Positions 17,514-26,574 of a stretch of DNA of 64,000 nt are shown one piece after another (within the stretch, counting starts at the first letter, position 1; each line of letters starts with the position of its first letter). A model generated the notes under the pieces. The model saw nothing but the letters and a program-made list of their open reading frames with translations. It made no database searches and was not told where the DNA came from. The DNA is taken from sequence record NC_028950.1. One strand, 5' to 3'. The position numbers and the translations under genes are program-made.

Positions 17514-18068
17514 TTACTTCTGCTTCGGAAAGAGATAAAAGATCGAGAGCAATCTGCAATCTTTATCCAGTTTGATGGACTGGTTGCCGAGCAACAATCT
17601 TGACGCATTTTCAAAACCACGACTGCATGCCGAGATATAGTCGTCCATGGACATAATCATCGTGCCAAAGCACTCAGTCGTACGGACAATCGAATCATCA
17701 GACTCTGACGCGAAATTCAGCGGGCAGACCTTCTGATCGATGGGATCCGAATCGGTGTGAACCGGACAGATCCAGTTACTACCCCGTTTATCCTGAATCA
17801 CCATGAAAGCACAGAGATTGCGGATCTTGTTTGTATCTTTGTCCAGATACTCCAAATACTCCCCCTCTTCACGGGTCTTGAGGATATCCTCATAGATCGT
17901 GGAGAAAGTATCGGAGTCCATGATCACCTTCCCGAAGAAGATCAATGGATTCTGAAAAGGCTCCGGGTCTTCTTTGAGCAGAAGGGAATTCTTCCACTGA
18001 ATCGGAGCGGCCGGGTTTACGGGTTTATCTTCATTCTTAGGTTTATTTACAACAGGATTCATGATCAC
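17514..18068 (-). CDS. Hypothetical protein
   Basis: ORF downstream of a putative early promoter. Confidence 0.65.
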   Translation of the reverse strand: MIMNPVVNKPKNEDKPVNPAAPIQWKNSLLLKEDPEPFQNPLIFFGKVIMDSDTFSTIYEDILKTREEGEYLEYLDKDTNKIRNLCAFMVIQDKRGSNWICPVHTDSDPIDQKVCPLNFASESDDSIVRTTECFGTMIMSMDDYISACSRGFENASRLLLGNQSIKLDKDCRLLSIFYLFPKQK

Positions 18069-18186
18069 TCACCTGTATTTATTTTAAAAACGGACTGCCT
18101 TTTATTAGGCAGGCTTTTCCTCCCAAGTTCAAGCATTATTGCAGACGAGTTATGAATTACTCGCTTGTCTACAGAACTTCAGTAGG

Positions 18187-18194
18187 ATGATATA
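18187..18194 (-). promoter_or_regulatory. Putative early promoter core TATATCAT
   Basis: Intergenic, after hairpin 18218-18256, upstream TTTC. Confidence 0.5.
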
Positions 18195-18217
18195 TTTCCG
18201 AAAAGAAATAAAGCAAA

Positions 18218-18256
18218 CATAATCCCAGGGAACCCTTTCGGGTCCCTGGGATTATG
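18218..18256 (-). terminator. Long hairpin terminator
   Basis: CATAATCCCAGGGA...TCCCTGGGATTATG. Confidence 0.8.
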
Positions 18257-18279
18257 TCATTGTAGTTACAGCAGCCTAC

Positions 18280-18723
18280 TTATGCAGCAGGCGGGGGAGT
18301 CCCAGCAGCCGGTTGTGCCGGCGTCTGGGGTGCAGCAGCCACCGGCGGTGCTGCAGCCGGTGTAACAGCGGTTGCCAAAGCCTGTGATGCGACTGCGGAA
18401 ATAAGGGCTTCAGCGTTGGCGACAGCCTGCGCGTCATTCGCGGATGTCGTCAATGTATCGAGATGCTTCTGTTTGATCAGGCGCGATGCTGCGCCGACAA
18501 ACGAGATGATCGCGATGAGGTGCGCCAGTTGCGGAGGAGCACTTGCGCCGGTCAGCAAACCCGACTGGAGAGCCAGGTTGTACAGATCCGGAGCAGCGCC
18601 TACGATGGCGAAGAACCACACCGAGTACATCGTGTAGAACTTACGCCATTCGGCGACGAGTTCGAGACCAACCTTATTCAGGCCAGCTTCGATCTTGTCT
18701 CCGAGTGCGGAGAAAAAGCTCAT
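18280..18723 (-). CDS. Putative holin-like membrane protein
   Basis: LVAEWRKFYTMYSVWFFAI motif typical of small phage holin-like families; two TM segments; Ala/Pro tail. Confidence 0.5.
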   Translation of the reverse strand: MSFFSALGDKIEAGLNKVGLELVAEWRKFYTMYSVWFFAIVGAAPDLYNLALQSGLLTGASAPPQLAHLIAIISFVGAASRLIKQKHLDTLTTSANDAQAVANAEALISAVASQALATAVTPAAAPPVAAAPQTPAQPAAGTPPPAA

Positions 18724-18734
18724 GTTTACCTCAC

Positions 18735-19337
18735 TTATGAAAGAACTACGATACCAACGTCCTTGACACGGAGTTCTCCGTTGGGCGGATAAACCATGAC
18801 GTGAGGAACATTAGCTGCATACTGACGAAGCGTTTCTTCTGCGTCGTCTCTTTGCCTGGCTTGCTCGTAAAACCACTTGGTCTTGCCGAGATACTTCTTG
18901 CACTTGGATTCCATTGCTCCGGGACCCGTGCCAATGAAACCACGAGCGCGCATTTCTTTATAGAAAGCACGCAGCGCCATTTCACGTTGTTGTCTTGTCA
19001 TATGGTACCAATCGAAACGATCAGACCACTCGTCCATCTCCGGAGTCTCGACGACTTCGAATACCATATCGTGCGGCATGTCGGCCGTATCCACGATATG
19101 CATGTAGAGTTTTTGTCCAGACTTCCAGAACTCGTGCTTATGCTCGAAGATCCTGGCAATGTCTTTCTCAGGAATTGGTTCGATGAAAAGCGAAATGTGG
19201 TCGTAGTAACCACCCGGCATCCCATAGAGTGCCTGATCGGCCACATCCTTCTTGATTGCTTCAGGAGAAAGATGGTGAGTCAGTCGGCTCGTCTTGAGAG
19301 TCGCGTATTTCGCTTTTGAGTAATGATAGAAAAGCAT
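18735..19337 (-). CDS. Conserved jumbo-phage hypothetical protein
   Basis: MLFYHYSK start coupled by TAATG to the HAD gene. Confidence 0.7.
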   Translation of the reverse strand: MLFYHYSKAKYATLKTSRLTHHLSPEAIKKDVADQALYGMPGGYYDHISLFIEPIPEKDIARIFEHKHEFWKSGQKLYMHIVDTADMPHDMVFEVVETPEMDEWSDRFDWYHMTRQQREMALRAFYKEMRARGFIGTGPGAMESKCKKYLGKTKWFYEQARQRDDAEETLRQYAANVPHVMVYPPNGELRVKDVGIVVLS

Positions 19338-19822
19338 TACTTGATGTCGAACGTCTTGGTTCCGTCGCCTTCCTCTTTCGGAGGTAGGACATCCCACTGA
19401 ACGAGAATCTCGCGCAGCTTCACCCAGTCAACGCAGGGTTTACCGTTGCTACCGATCTTGAGCGGAATACCGATACCAGCATCGTCCACATAGATGGAAG
19501 CGTAGACTTTGGGAGAATTGGACCATTTCTCCTGCTCCGGGTTTTCGTTGATTCCCCAGAAGTCCACATTGTTCTTGTTGCAATAGACGACAGCTTCGTG
19601 CAGCTTGTCTTCCGATCGCATGGTCAGAAGAATGAGCTTGATGCCTACCTTCTTCAATTCTTGAAGGACTTCGATAGCCCCTTCGTTCGGTTTACCGATG
19701 TACGGAAAGTCGTTCTCGACAATTGTGCCGTCGAAATCGATCGAGAAGATGGTCTTTTCGAATTTCTTCTGTGACTCAGCTTCGTCGACTTGCGTCACTT
19801 CGTTAGTGTTAAGCCACGGCAT
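19337..19822 (-). CDS. HAD-superfamily hydrolase (BT0820-like)
   Basis: DFDGTIV motif I, LLTMRS motif II, IYVDD motif IV. Confidence 0.85.
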   Translation of the reverse strand: MPWLNTNEVTQVDEAESQKKFEKTIFSIDFDGTIVENDFPYIGKPNEGAIEVLQELKKVGIKLILLTMRSEDKLHEAVVYCNKNNVDFWGINENPEQEKWSNSPKVYASIYVDDAGIGIPLKIGSNGKPCVDWVKLREILVQWDVLPPKEEGDGTKTFDIK

Positions 19823-19875
19823 ATCTTCACCCTGTTATTTGTCACAAGATCAGCCAAAAAAAATATATAGGACAT

Positions 19876-19905
19876 AGAATGGATGGGCTTTCGCCCATCC
19901 ATTCT
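19876..19905 (-). terminator. Hairpin terminator
   Basis: 13-bp stem with GAAA loop, then TATG and a T-run. Confidence 0.8.
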
Positions 19906-19915
19906 GTACCACTCG

Positions 19916-20386
19916 TTAGTCCTGAGTAATCAGGACGTATTCCCATTTATCGGCGTTGGGAATGCACCGGTCCTCTGCTGCCTTATAGGCTGACGCTTGA
20001 TCCCACAGCGATGACTGTTCGATCAGAGTGTGAATGATAGAACATGCCGTACCAACCTTATCGTATTCTTCGCGAGAAAGAACACGAATCTGCTTGTTTT
20101 TGCTGTCCCACGACTTGTGGACGATCGCTTGAGCTTCTTCCAGGATTTCCTGGATACCGACCGACTCGAAGTTCTTCAGCAACTCCAGACCCACATACAT
20201 CCGGATCTTCAGCGTAATGCGATCGCCCAGGTTGGCGAAACCATCACGATAGGCGAGCAGCCGGAAGTAGCAGTTCAGCGTCATCGTAGTGGAATCGTCT
20301 TCCGAGTACTCGAACTTCTTTGCCGAGTATTCAACGATGCCATCTTGCTTCGGACGGAAGCCTTTGCGGATTTGAGTTTTAGCCAT
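19916..20386 (-). CDS. Hypothetical protein
   Basis: ORF in operon. Confidence 0.65.
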   Translation of the reverse strand: MAKTQIRKGFRPKQDGIVEYSAKKFEYSEDDSTTMTLNCYFRLLAYRDGFANLGDRITLKIRMYVGLELLKNFESVGIQEILEEAQAIVHKSWDSKNKQIRVLSREEYDKVGTACSIIHTLIEQSSLWDQASAYKAAEDRCIPNADKWEYVLITQD

Positions 20387-20398
20387 TTTGATGTTGTC

Positions 20399-21292
20399 TT
20401 ATTTCGTTTTGAAAAGGTTTACGACGTTTTGGGGTTTGGGCCGAACTTTCAGATTCGGGATTTCGTCATACTGCTCACGCAATACCTTCTTGGCCCACTG
20501 GTAATACTTACCCGTGTCCCGACGATACGACATCGGGATAGGTGTTTGCGTCATGAACGAATACGCCATTGCACATTCGCAATAGAACTGCTCGTCGATC
20601 AGGCCGTAGTACTTTGCCTGTTTCTCCGGATCCAGAAAGAGACCGTTCATTTCAGCCAGATGAATCGAACCAATTACTCGATCCAGTTCGATCTTGCTGA
20701 AAAGTCCGATCGGATAATCCGAATCGTCGACGATGTCTGTTGAACACGGTACGCGATCTCGCTGGACGATCGCCAACTGAACGAGATAGTCCAGTACCTG
20801 CAGACCTTCGTAACACAGGCGCTGAGGAATCGGCGTTTGCTGGAACATCGCATTCGCATTGAAGTACGAGAACATCGACAGCTTGGTCATTACCTTTGCC
20901 GTCGTTTCATTCAGCGCCTTCACGAATTCAACATCCGAACTACGCTCTTGTACTTCTTGGACGTTGTCCTGCAAGAGCTTAGCCATCTGGCCGCGAGCAA
21001 TTGCCAGCTGTTCGATTTCCAGTAACCAACCAGGCTGAACCTGAGTCGGGTAAATCGCAACATCCTTGAAGCCGAGCCTGCGATGGGCAATCGTGCCGTC
21101 GGTATCGACCTTTACCGATTCCAGCGTGGGAGGAACAGTCTCAGAGCCTCCCAGCCATTCATATACGCGAATGGCATTAGATGATGAATGGAACTTGCCA
21201 TCGAAGTCTTTAAGGCATCCTTCAATGCTAGGTAAAACATATTGTTGTTGTCCGAGGTTAATTGTCAAAGGGGTTTTCATTAGTAACTCCAA
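20399..21292 (-). CDS. Hypothetical protein
   Basis: 297-aa ORF in operon. Confidence 0.7.
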   Translation of the reverse strand: MELLMKTPLTINLGQQQYVLPSIEGCLKDFDGKFHSSSNAIRVYEWLGGSETVPPTLESVKVDTDGTIAHRRLGFKDVAIYPTQVQPGWLLEIEQLAIARGQMAKLLQDNVQEVQERSSDVEFVKALNETTAKVMTKLSMFSYFNANAMFQQTPIPQRLCYEGLQVLDYLVQLAIVQRDRVPCSTDIVDDSDYPIGLFSKIELDRVIGSIHLAEMNGLFLDPEKQAKYYGLIDEQFYCECAMAYSFMTQTPIPMSYRRDTGKYYQWAKKVLREQYDEIPNLKVRPKPQNVVNLFKTK

Positions 21293-21813
21293 TTCGATAG
21301 GCGCTGGGCCGTTACTGCGTTTTGTGGAAAGTCATTCAGTTCGTCGAAATGACTCTCATGTACTTCCACTGTGAAGGTGAAGTTATTGATTTTGGTGATC
21401 TCGGTTACAGCAGTGAGGTCACTCGTGAAATGAGGATCACGCTCATGCCCACGTGGAAGCTGATGAGGTGCGAAGTAATAACCCGCGCCCTGCAACTCTC
21501 CGAATACTTCGTTTCCGCAATACAGAACAAGATCTCGCAAGCGATCTCGATCCAGATGGGAAAGATGATAACGCCCGATCCCAAATTGACTGATGATGCT
21601 GTACGACAGATCTTCGAGATTCTGTTCGCATGCATTCATGGATCGTGGAAACATTGCGCATGCGGTCATGACTTCTTCGATGAAAGCGTAGAACGTAAAC
21701 GCTCTCAGAAAGCGAAGATATTCAGGCCATGGTTCGCGTGCTGCTCTTTTTATTTCATTCTCGTACGCGTCGTAAGAGCGTTTGAGCCTTATAACAAAAG
21801 TTAGATTGGCCAT
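21280..21813 (-). CDS. Hypothetical protein
   Basis: ORF in operon. Confidence 0.6.
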   Translation of the reverse strand: MANLTFVIRLKRSYDAYENEIKRAAREPWPEYLRFLRAFTFYAFIEEVMTACAMFPRSMNACEQNLEDLSYSIISQFGIGRYHLSHLDRDRLRDLVLYCGNEVFGELQGAGYYFAPHQLPRGHERDPHFTSDLTAVTEITKINNFTFTVEVHESHFDELNDFPQNAVTAQRLSNWSY

Positions 21814-22222
21814 TTCGCAGTGGATGTTTTACAACGATTGCAAAATTGGAACGAGAGATTGGAACGACCCTAACTGGCCTAGTTCCTCTCTCACGGATAT
21901 AATCGAAGAGACGTACATCGTCAAACATCTCAACGATAGATTCACAGATTGCGTAAAGAATACCGCAGACTTTTACATACGGCTCATCTTGCGAGAAGAT
22001 GTATTCCTGAACGATTCCCTTATCGTAGAGTTTACCGATCAGGTACTCGATCTCATTTATTTGTTGCCGTGCTTCTTTGGCATTGTCCATTCCTTCGGTC
22101 AGGAACCTAACTAACTCCTCCAACAGATCGCGACGATTTACGTCCTCGAACATTCCGGTCGTATCGAAACGACGTATATGGCGATCAATGTTGAAGATAA
22201 CACCGAATCGATATTTCGCCAT
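21755..22222 (-). CDS. Hypothetical protein
   Basis: AGGT RBS directly after terminator 22245-22276. Confidence 0.65.
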   Translation of the reverse strand: MAKYRFGVIFNIDRHIRRFDTTGMFEDVNRRDLLEELVRFLTEGMDNAKEARQQINEIEYLIGKLYDKGIVQEYIFSQDEPYVKVCGILYAICESIVEMFDDVRLFDYIRERGTRPVRVVPISRSNFAIVVKHPLRNGQSNFCYKAQTLLRRVRE

Positions 22223-22237
22223 GATGTACCTAATTCA

Positions 22238-22394
22238 AAAAGATCCCATCCTGGAGCCCGTCGGCTCCAGGATGGGTGACACTATTGACACAGACAGGAT
22301 CAACGGCTAAATCGGATCACACACCCATGCCATTAGTCCCGAGAGAATAGCGCTCGTACCGAGGAGAAGGTACTGGAGATGAGCAGCTATTCAA
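22238..22394 (-). ncRNA. Candidate structured sRNA or attenuator leader (about 155 nt)
   Basis: Bounded by TATATTAC promoter (22399-22406) and a 14-bp terminator (22245-22276) plus U-run; long 5' hairpin; only an 8-codon ORF. Confidence 0.5.
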
Positions 22395-22398
22395 TTAG

Positions 22399-22406
22399 GT
22401 AATATA
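22399..22406 (-). promoter_or_regulatory. Early promoter TATATTAC
   Basis: Exact match to the phiKZ early promoter consensus, with upstream TTTCA. Confidence 0.7.
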
Positions 22407-22419
22407 TCGGTGAAATGAG

Positions 22420-23682
22420 TTACACCGCTGCCGGCTTGAAGCGGATCGGCGGATGCGACTTGTAATACACCGTCAGGCGAGTGGCGTCGAACTTCGTCAC
22501 GTCTTCCAGAGTCGGGTCGACGATGATGCGAGCCGGTGCCATCGGAGTGCGATCCAGCTGCTTCTTCACGCCTTCATGCTGGTCATGGTAGATATGGTAG
22601 TCGCCCATGAAGTGGGTGTATTCCCACGGCACGAAACCCGTAACCTCGGCGAGTAGGTGAGCGAGCAGCGAATACATGCCGACGTTGAACACGGTGCCGA
22701 GCGGTACATCTTGCGAACGTGCGAAACATGCGAGCGAGAGTTTGCGGGGGATGAAGCCTTCCGCACCCTTGATGCTTTCGAGCAGTTGCAGGCCGGCTTC
22801 GGTGAGTTCCAGATGCTTGTCGTCGCCGAGGTTGTACTGCATGCCGACTTCTTCCGTTTGACGAATCCAGCCCTTGTCGAACAGGAACTTGTTGGCGAGC
22901 ATCTTGTAATACTGCTCTTGCGCTTCATGCGTGAGACCGCGCATGCCGTTGAAGACCGTATCGAACGTCTTCTCGAAACCGTCGTGGGAATCGAGCGAAT
23001 AACGCAGGACTTCCAGATCGGACATCGGAGCCGTGTTGACCTGCCACATCGAGTGACACGGAGCGAGAGCCATACGGCCAGCGTCCGCATTTGCCGACGG
23101 CGACATCTTGGTGTCGGGCAAGAGACCCGCATGCCAGACGTTCACGACGAGACGACGGCTGTCCGGATTGTTCTTCAGTTCGTTGACGATATTCATCAAC
23201 TGATCGACGCCGCCCGAACCACCGTTCTCGAACGGGGTGAAACGTTCCTTGACGAGGTTCGCCATGAGGCCACGGATCTTCACGACGAGATCCATCGGCG
23301 TACCTTCGTACGGATTCAGATCGTCGATCTGCATCTGCAGGCGTTCCATATCGGCACGGGTAATGCCGTTCGTCCAGTTACGCCACTGTTCACCGTACAT
23401 CGGTCCGATCGTGCCGCTTTCCGGACCCATCCACGAGTTCCAGATCTTGTTGTCGCGGTCTTGCAGCCAGTCCACCGAGACGATGCCCTTGAGCATCCAT
23501 TCCAGTTCTTCGGCGATCTTCTTGTACGCCACTTCACGCGTGGTCGGAATCGGCCAGATGCCGTGACGCAGCGAGAATTTCATCATGCCGCCGAACTTCG
23601 AAGTCGTACCCGTGCCGGTACGATCGGTCTTCACATCACCCGTTTCCAGGATGTCTTTCAGAACGTCGAGATACTGTTTCAT
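22420..23682 (-). CDS. thyA: Thymidylate synthase with two large insertions
   Basis: DRTGTGT, GPMYGEQWRNW, DSRR, ALAPCH catalytic Cys, RSQD, FN, GDYHIY. Confidence 0.95.
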   Translation of the reverse strand: MKQYLDVLKDILETGDVKTDRTGTGTTSKFGGMMKFSLRHGIWPIPTTREVAYKKIAEELEWMLKGIVSVDWLQDRDNKIWNSWMGPESGTIGPMYGEQWRNWTNGITRADMERLQMQIDDLNPYEGTPMDLVVKIRGLMANLVKERFTPFENGGSGGVDQLMNIVNELKNNPDSRRLVVNVWHAGLLPDTKMSPSANADAGRMALAPCHSMWQVNTAPMSDLEVLRYSLDSHDGFEKTFDTVFNGMRGLTHEAQEQYYKMLANKFLFDKGWIRQTEEVGMQYNLGDDKHLELTEAGLQLLESIKGAEGFIPRKLSLACFARSQDVPLGTVFNVGMYSLLAHLLAEVTGFVPWEYTHFMGDYHIYHDQHEGVKKQLDRTPMAPARIIVDPTLEDVTKFDATRLTVYYKSHPPIRFKPAAV

Positions 23683-23716
23683 TTATTTTTCACCAAAAAA
23701 AAATACTGCAGTTAAA

Positions 23717-24097
23717 TTACAAACGAATTTCCATGACCGACAATGCGGTGCCGGACTTAATGATCATTCGCTCAGGAAGAGGGATGCAGCTTATCTGTTC
23801 GAGATACTTTTTGAAGTAATACATCGTCTCTTCAACTCGCAACAGATATGACATCACATCTGCCGGGAGTCTGCCGAGTCTTTCTCTGATGTCAATTTCA
23901 ACATCGTCCAGGAATTCACACAGGACGTAATCGAAATCGTCACCATCTCGAACCATTTGTCCTTGCAATCTCTCTACTAATTCCTCACAGAGCTCAATGT
24001 AATCGTATTCTATAAAAATCGGCTGTTCTTCCCTCAACAACCGACCGATGCGTCTTTTCTCGTAAGTATCACCGACGAGGTAACGGGTTTCTCGCAT
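23717..24097 (-). CDS. Hypothetical protein
   Basis: Acidic helical ORF. Confidence 0.6.
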   Translation of the reverse strand: MRETRYLVGDTYEKRRIGRLLREEQPIFIEYDYIELCEELVERLQGQMVRDGDDFDYVLCEFLDDVEIDIRERLGRLPADVMSYLLRVEETMYYFKKYLEQISCIPLPERMIIKSGTALSVMEIRL

Positions 24098-24447
24098 TTG
24101 CGTATCAATCCGAAAAGCGACAGCGGACTAACGTTGTGGATTTCGAAATCCCCCAGAGAGTCTAGAAGTTCGAACTGTGACAACTGTCTAACCATTTGCT
24201 TAGCCAACTTCGCAAGCTTCCGTAGAATCTTGTTGGCCTTTTCAAAAGTATTTCCCTGAGCATAAAGATAACGACGAGTGCCTTCCAAATAGTACCTTAG
24301 ACTTTTGGAAGACTTCTTTACGCCGAATACCCGGCTCACCCGAAGGTGTTCGTAAAATCCTTCCAGAAGTTTAAAATACCGCCGCTTAAAGCGAACGAGC
24401 TTTGGAACTGGCTTTTTAAAGCCAAAAAGAAGAATGTCAGTTTGCAT
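24034..24447 (-). CDS. Basic hypothetical protein
   Basis: First ORF downstream of promoter 24488. Confidence 0.5.
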   Translation of the reverse strand: MQTDILLFGFKKPVPKLVRFKRRYFKLLEGFYEHLRVSRVFGVKKSSKSLRYYLEGTRRYLYAQGNTFEKANKILRKLAKLAKQMVRQLSQFELLDSLGDFEIHNVSPLSLFGLIRKCEKPVTSSVILTRKDASVGC

Positions 24448-24487
24448 GCAATGAAAGGTTGATATGAAATCAACTTACAACAAAGTT

Positions 24488-24495
24488 GTAATATA
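24488..24495 (-). promoter_or_regulatory. Early promoter TATATTAC
   Basis: Exact consensus, downstream of terminator 24533-24559. Confidence 0.7.
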
Positions 24496-24584
24496 TGCCT
24501 GACCAAAACTGGAATAAAATGGACATAAAGGATACCAGGAGGCACGAAGCCTCCTGGTACTCTCACTCAGTCCTGACTAGCAGG

Positions 24585-24674
24585 TTACTTCACGAACAAC
24601 CACGGAAAGCACATTTCCCAACATGCTTGCACCATGACACCGTAGGCCAAACCCATCTGGACAGGAAGGAACAT
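24585..24674 (-). CDS. Possible 29-aa hydrophobic peptide
   Basis: MFLPVQMGLAYGVMVQACWEMCFPWLFVK*; starts 1 nt after the upstream stop and ends before the terminator. Confidence 0.3.
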   Translation of the reverse strand: MFLPVQMGLAYGVMVQACWEMCFPWLFVK

Positions 24675-24675
24675 G

Positions 24676-25968
24676 TTACGCCTTTTCGAGTGCGTTGAAT
24701 TCGCCGGTGATCTTGGCGAACTGGTCGTTGGTCAGCTGGAAGATGACGCGAGCGATGTACAGCGGATGCGAGATCTTTTCGCCGGGTTCGAGCGTTTCGT
24801 TCAGGCGGTTGTATTCGCCTTCCAGAATGCCCGAGTTCAGCACACCACGCACCAGCGGCCACTTGCTTTCGTCGCCGCACTGCTTCTCGACGACTGCCAG
24901 GTACACGCCCTTCTGCTCCAGTGACAGAGCTTCGAACTCTGCCTTGGTCAGGACGTATTCGCCCAGCACGCCCTTGGCCGATGCGTACGAGACCGAAGCG
25001 TTGACTTCTTCAGCGACCTTCTCGACCGTTTGCTCCGGAGCCGGATCGTTCTCGTCCAGCTGGACCGACACTTGCGCACGCGCTTGAGCCGAGATTTCGC
25101 GAGCCGTTTCAGCGTCGAGTTGATCGAGATCGCCTGCACGAACAGCATCGACCTTTTCAGCCACGCTCAGCGGTTGTTCGATTTCTGAAGCCGGGTTCGG
25201 CGGAGTCGGCTGTTCCTTCTTGGCCTTTTCCTTCTTCTTACCCGAGCCGTTCTGCTGACCATTGTTGAACTTCTCGCCGAGAGCTTGCAGGCCGGCGCCG
25301 ACGTAGTTCTTGAACTGGCCGGGCTTGAAGACGAGCTTCGGGTTGAAGACGAGCGCGGGCAGGTTCTGCTTGAGCTTCGACAGGACTTCTTGTTCCAGAC
25401 GGTCCGGACCGATGAAGTCGGCGAGTTGCACCACGGGCGAGATGATCGTGAATTCGAAAGCTTGATCGGTATCGCTGCCTTCCTTCAGCCAGAGCTTGCC
25501 CTTGATGCCTTCGACCTTCGGGCCGTCTTGCACGCCGCGGATGGCGTTGAAGAACACCATGTTGCCCAGCGGCACCTGGATCGTTTCGACCAGCGGCTTG
25601 TTGCGGCCGTGATGGATCGACGAGTAGTCGACGCGGTTCGTGTTCAGCTGAAGCAGGTTGCGGAAGAGCGTGACCAGCTGGCTGTCGGAGGGCAGTGCCG
25701 GAGCTTCGAGGATGCCGTAGTGGTTCTTGAACGAGTCGCTGTTGACGAGCGCGTTCAGAGCCGACGCGAGCTTCGCCGTCAGATCCTTCATGTTCTTGCG
25801 ATGCTTCTTCAGTTCCGCCAGATTGCGGTTCAGGCGCCAGTAAGCGACTTCGCCGTTCGACAGATTCACAGCGCCCGACGGCAGGTCAGCCGACAGTGCA
25901 TTGAAGATCTTCGGCAGCGGCAGGAACTGGATGGTCTGGCCTTCGACGGTGCGTTGGAGTTTGCTCAT
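24676..25968 (-). CDS. Hypothetical protein, probably highly expressed
   Basis: 430 aa with strong C/G third-position bias and a Lys-rich linker. Confidence 0.8.
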   Translation of the reverse strand: MSKLQRTVEGQTIQFLPLPKIFNALSADLPSGAVNLSNGEVAYWRLNRNLAELKKHRKNMKDLTAKLASALNALVNSDSFKNHYGILEAPALPSDSQLVTLFRNLLQLNTNRVDYSSIHHGRNKPLVETIQVPLGNMVFFNAIRGVQDGPKVEGIKGKLWLKEGSDTDQAFEFTIISPVVQLADFIGPDRLEQEVLSKLKQNLPALVFNPKLVFKPGQFKNYVGAGLQALGEKFNNGQQNGSGKKKEKAKKEQPTPPNPASEIEQPLSVAEKVDAVRAGDLDQLDAETAREISAQARAQVSVQLDENDPAPEQTVEKVAEEVNASVSYASAKGVLGEYVLTKAEFEALSLEQKGVYLAVVEKQCGDESKWPLVRGVLNSGILEGEYNRLNETLEPGEKISHPLYIARVIFQLTNDQFAKITGEFNALEKA

Positions 25969-26160
25969 GATGTACTCTTGAGTGAGGTTTTGAAAGTCCC
26001 AAAATCGGGCACGATGAAGTCTGGATACGCTCAGACAGCTTTTCCAGCGAATGGATCGGTTTTAAGTCAGCACGTGCAAAGATGCGTATCATGCCAAATC
26101 ATAACAACCTAACGATAGAAAATAACTTTAGACAAGAGGCCGAAGCCCCCTGTCTTTTTG

Positions 26161-26574
26161 TTATAGTGAATGGTACAGATGCACGGCCCAGTACATGATC
26201 TTTCGTTTCCACCACGGAGTACCGAGTACTTTCATGGCTTTTTCGAAAATCAGATCGACTTCATCTTGCGAAATCCTCAGAACCGGATTATCCCCGTTCC
26301 GTGTCAGTGCGAGAGTTGTGCACAAGTAATCGTGCATTACTGCTGCCTGACCGTACACGCCCCACGGAGGAAAGATTCCCCACAGAAGACGCGGAACAGT
26401 AGCGCCATCGGTGATGAATCCCTTCGGGACGGTAACGTATTTTTGGTCTATGACCTCACCGATGAAAAACGTGAACGTATCGTCGGTATGCCAGAGGTCT
26501 TTGTCTTTTGCTTTCGACAGCGCTTCGTCGTAAATGATACCGACGTCGTTGTCGAATGAACCCACAATCGTCAT
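26161..26574 (-). CDS. DUF1353 family protein
   Basis: VTVPKGFITDGATVPRLLW...AAVMHDYL. Confidence 0.85.
   Translation of the reverse strand: MTIVGSFDNDVGIIYDEALSKAKDKDLWHTDDTFTFFIGEVIDQKYVTVPKGFITDGATVPRLLWGIFPPWGVYGQAAVMHDYLCTTLALTRNGDNPVLRISQDEVDLIFEKAMKVLGTPWWKRKIMYWAVHLYHSL

Noticed and set aside
18095-18187. preQ1 riboswitch, prompted by the QueC-like gene
   Set aside because: Lacks the recognisable preQ1-I loop and pseudoknot consensus and is not upstream of the QueC-like gene.
19861-19870. TATATA as an early promoter
   Set aside because: It is part of the terminator tail and does not match TATAT(T/A/C)A(C/T) in a productive orientation.
22345-22392. Plus-strand CsrA/RsmA sponge (GGA in loops)
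   Set aside because: The only recognisable promoter and U-tailed terminator point to the minus strand, and there are just two GGA loops; not fully excluded.
22420-23682. Intein or group I intron in thyA
   Set aside because: The frame is continuous, with no Cys/Ser...His-Asn splice termini and no homing endonuclease motifs.
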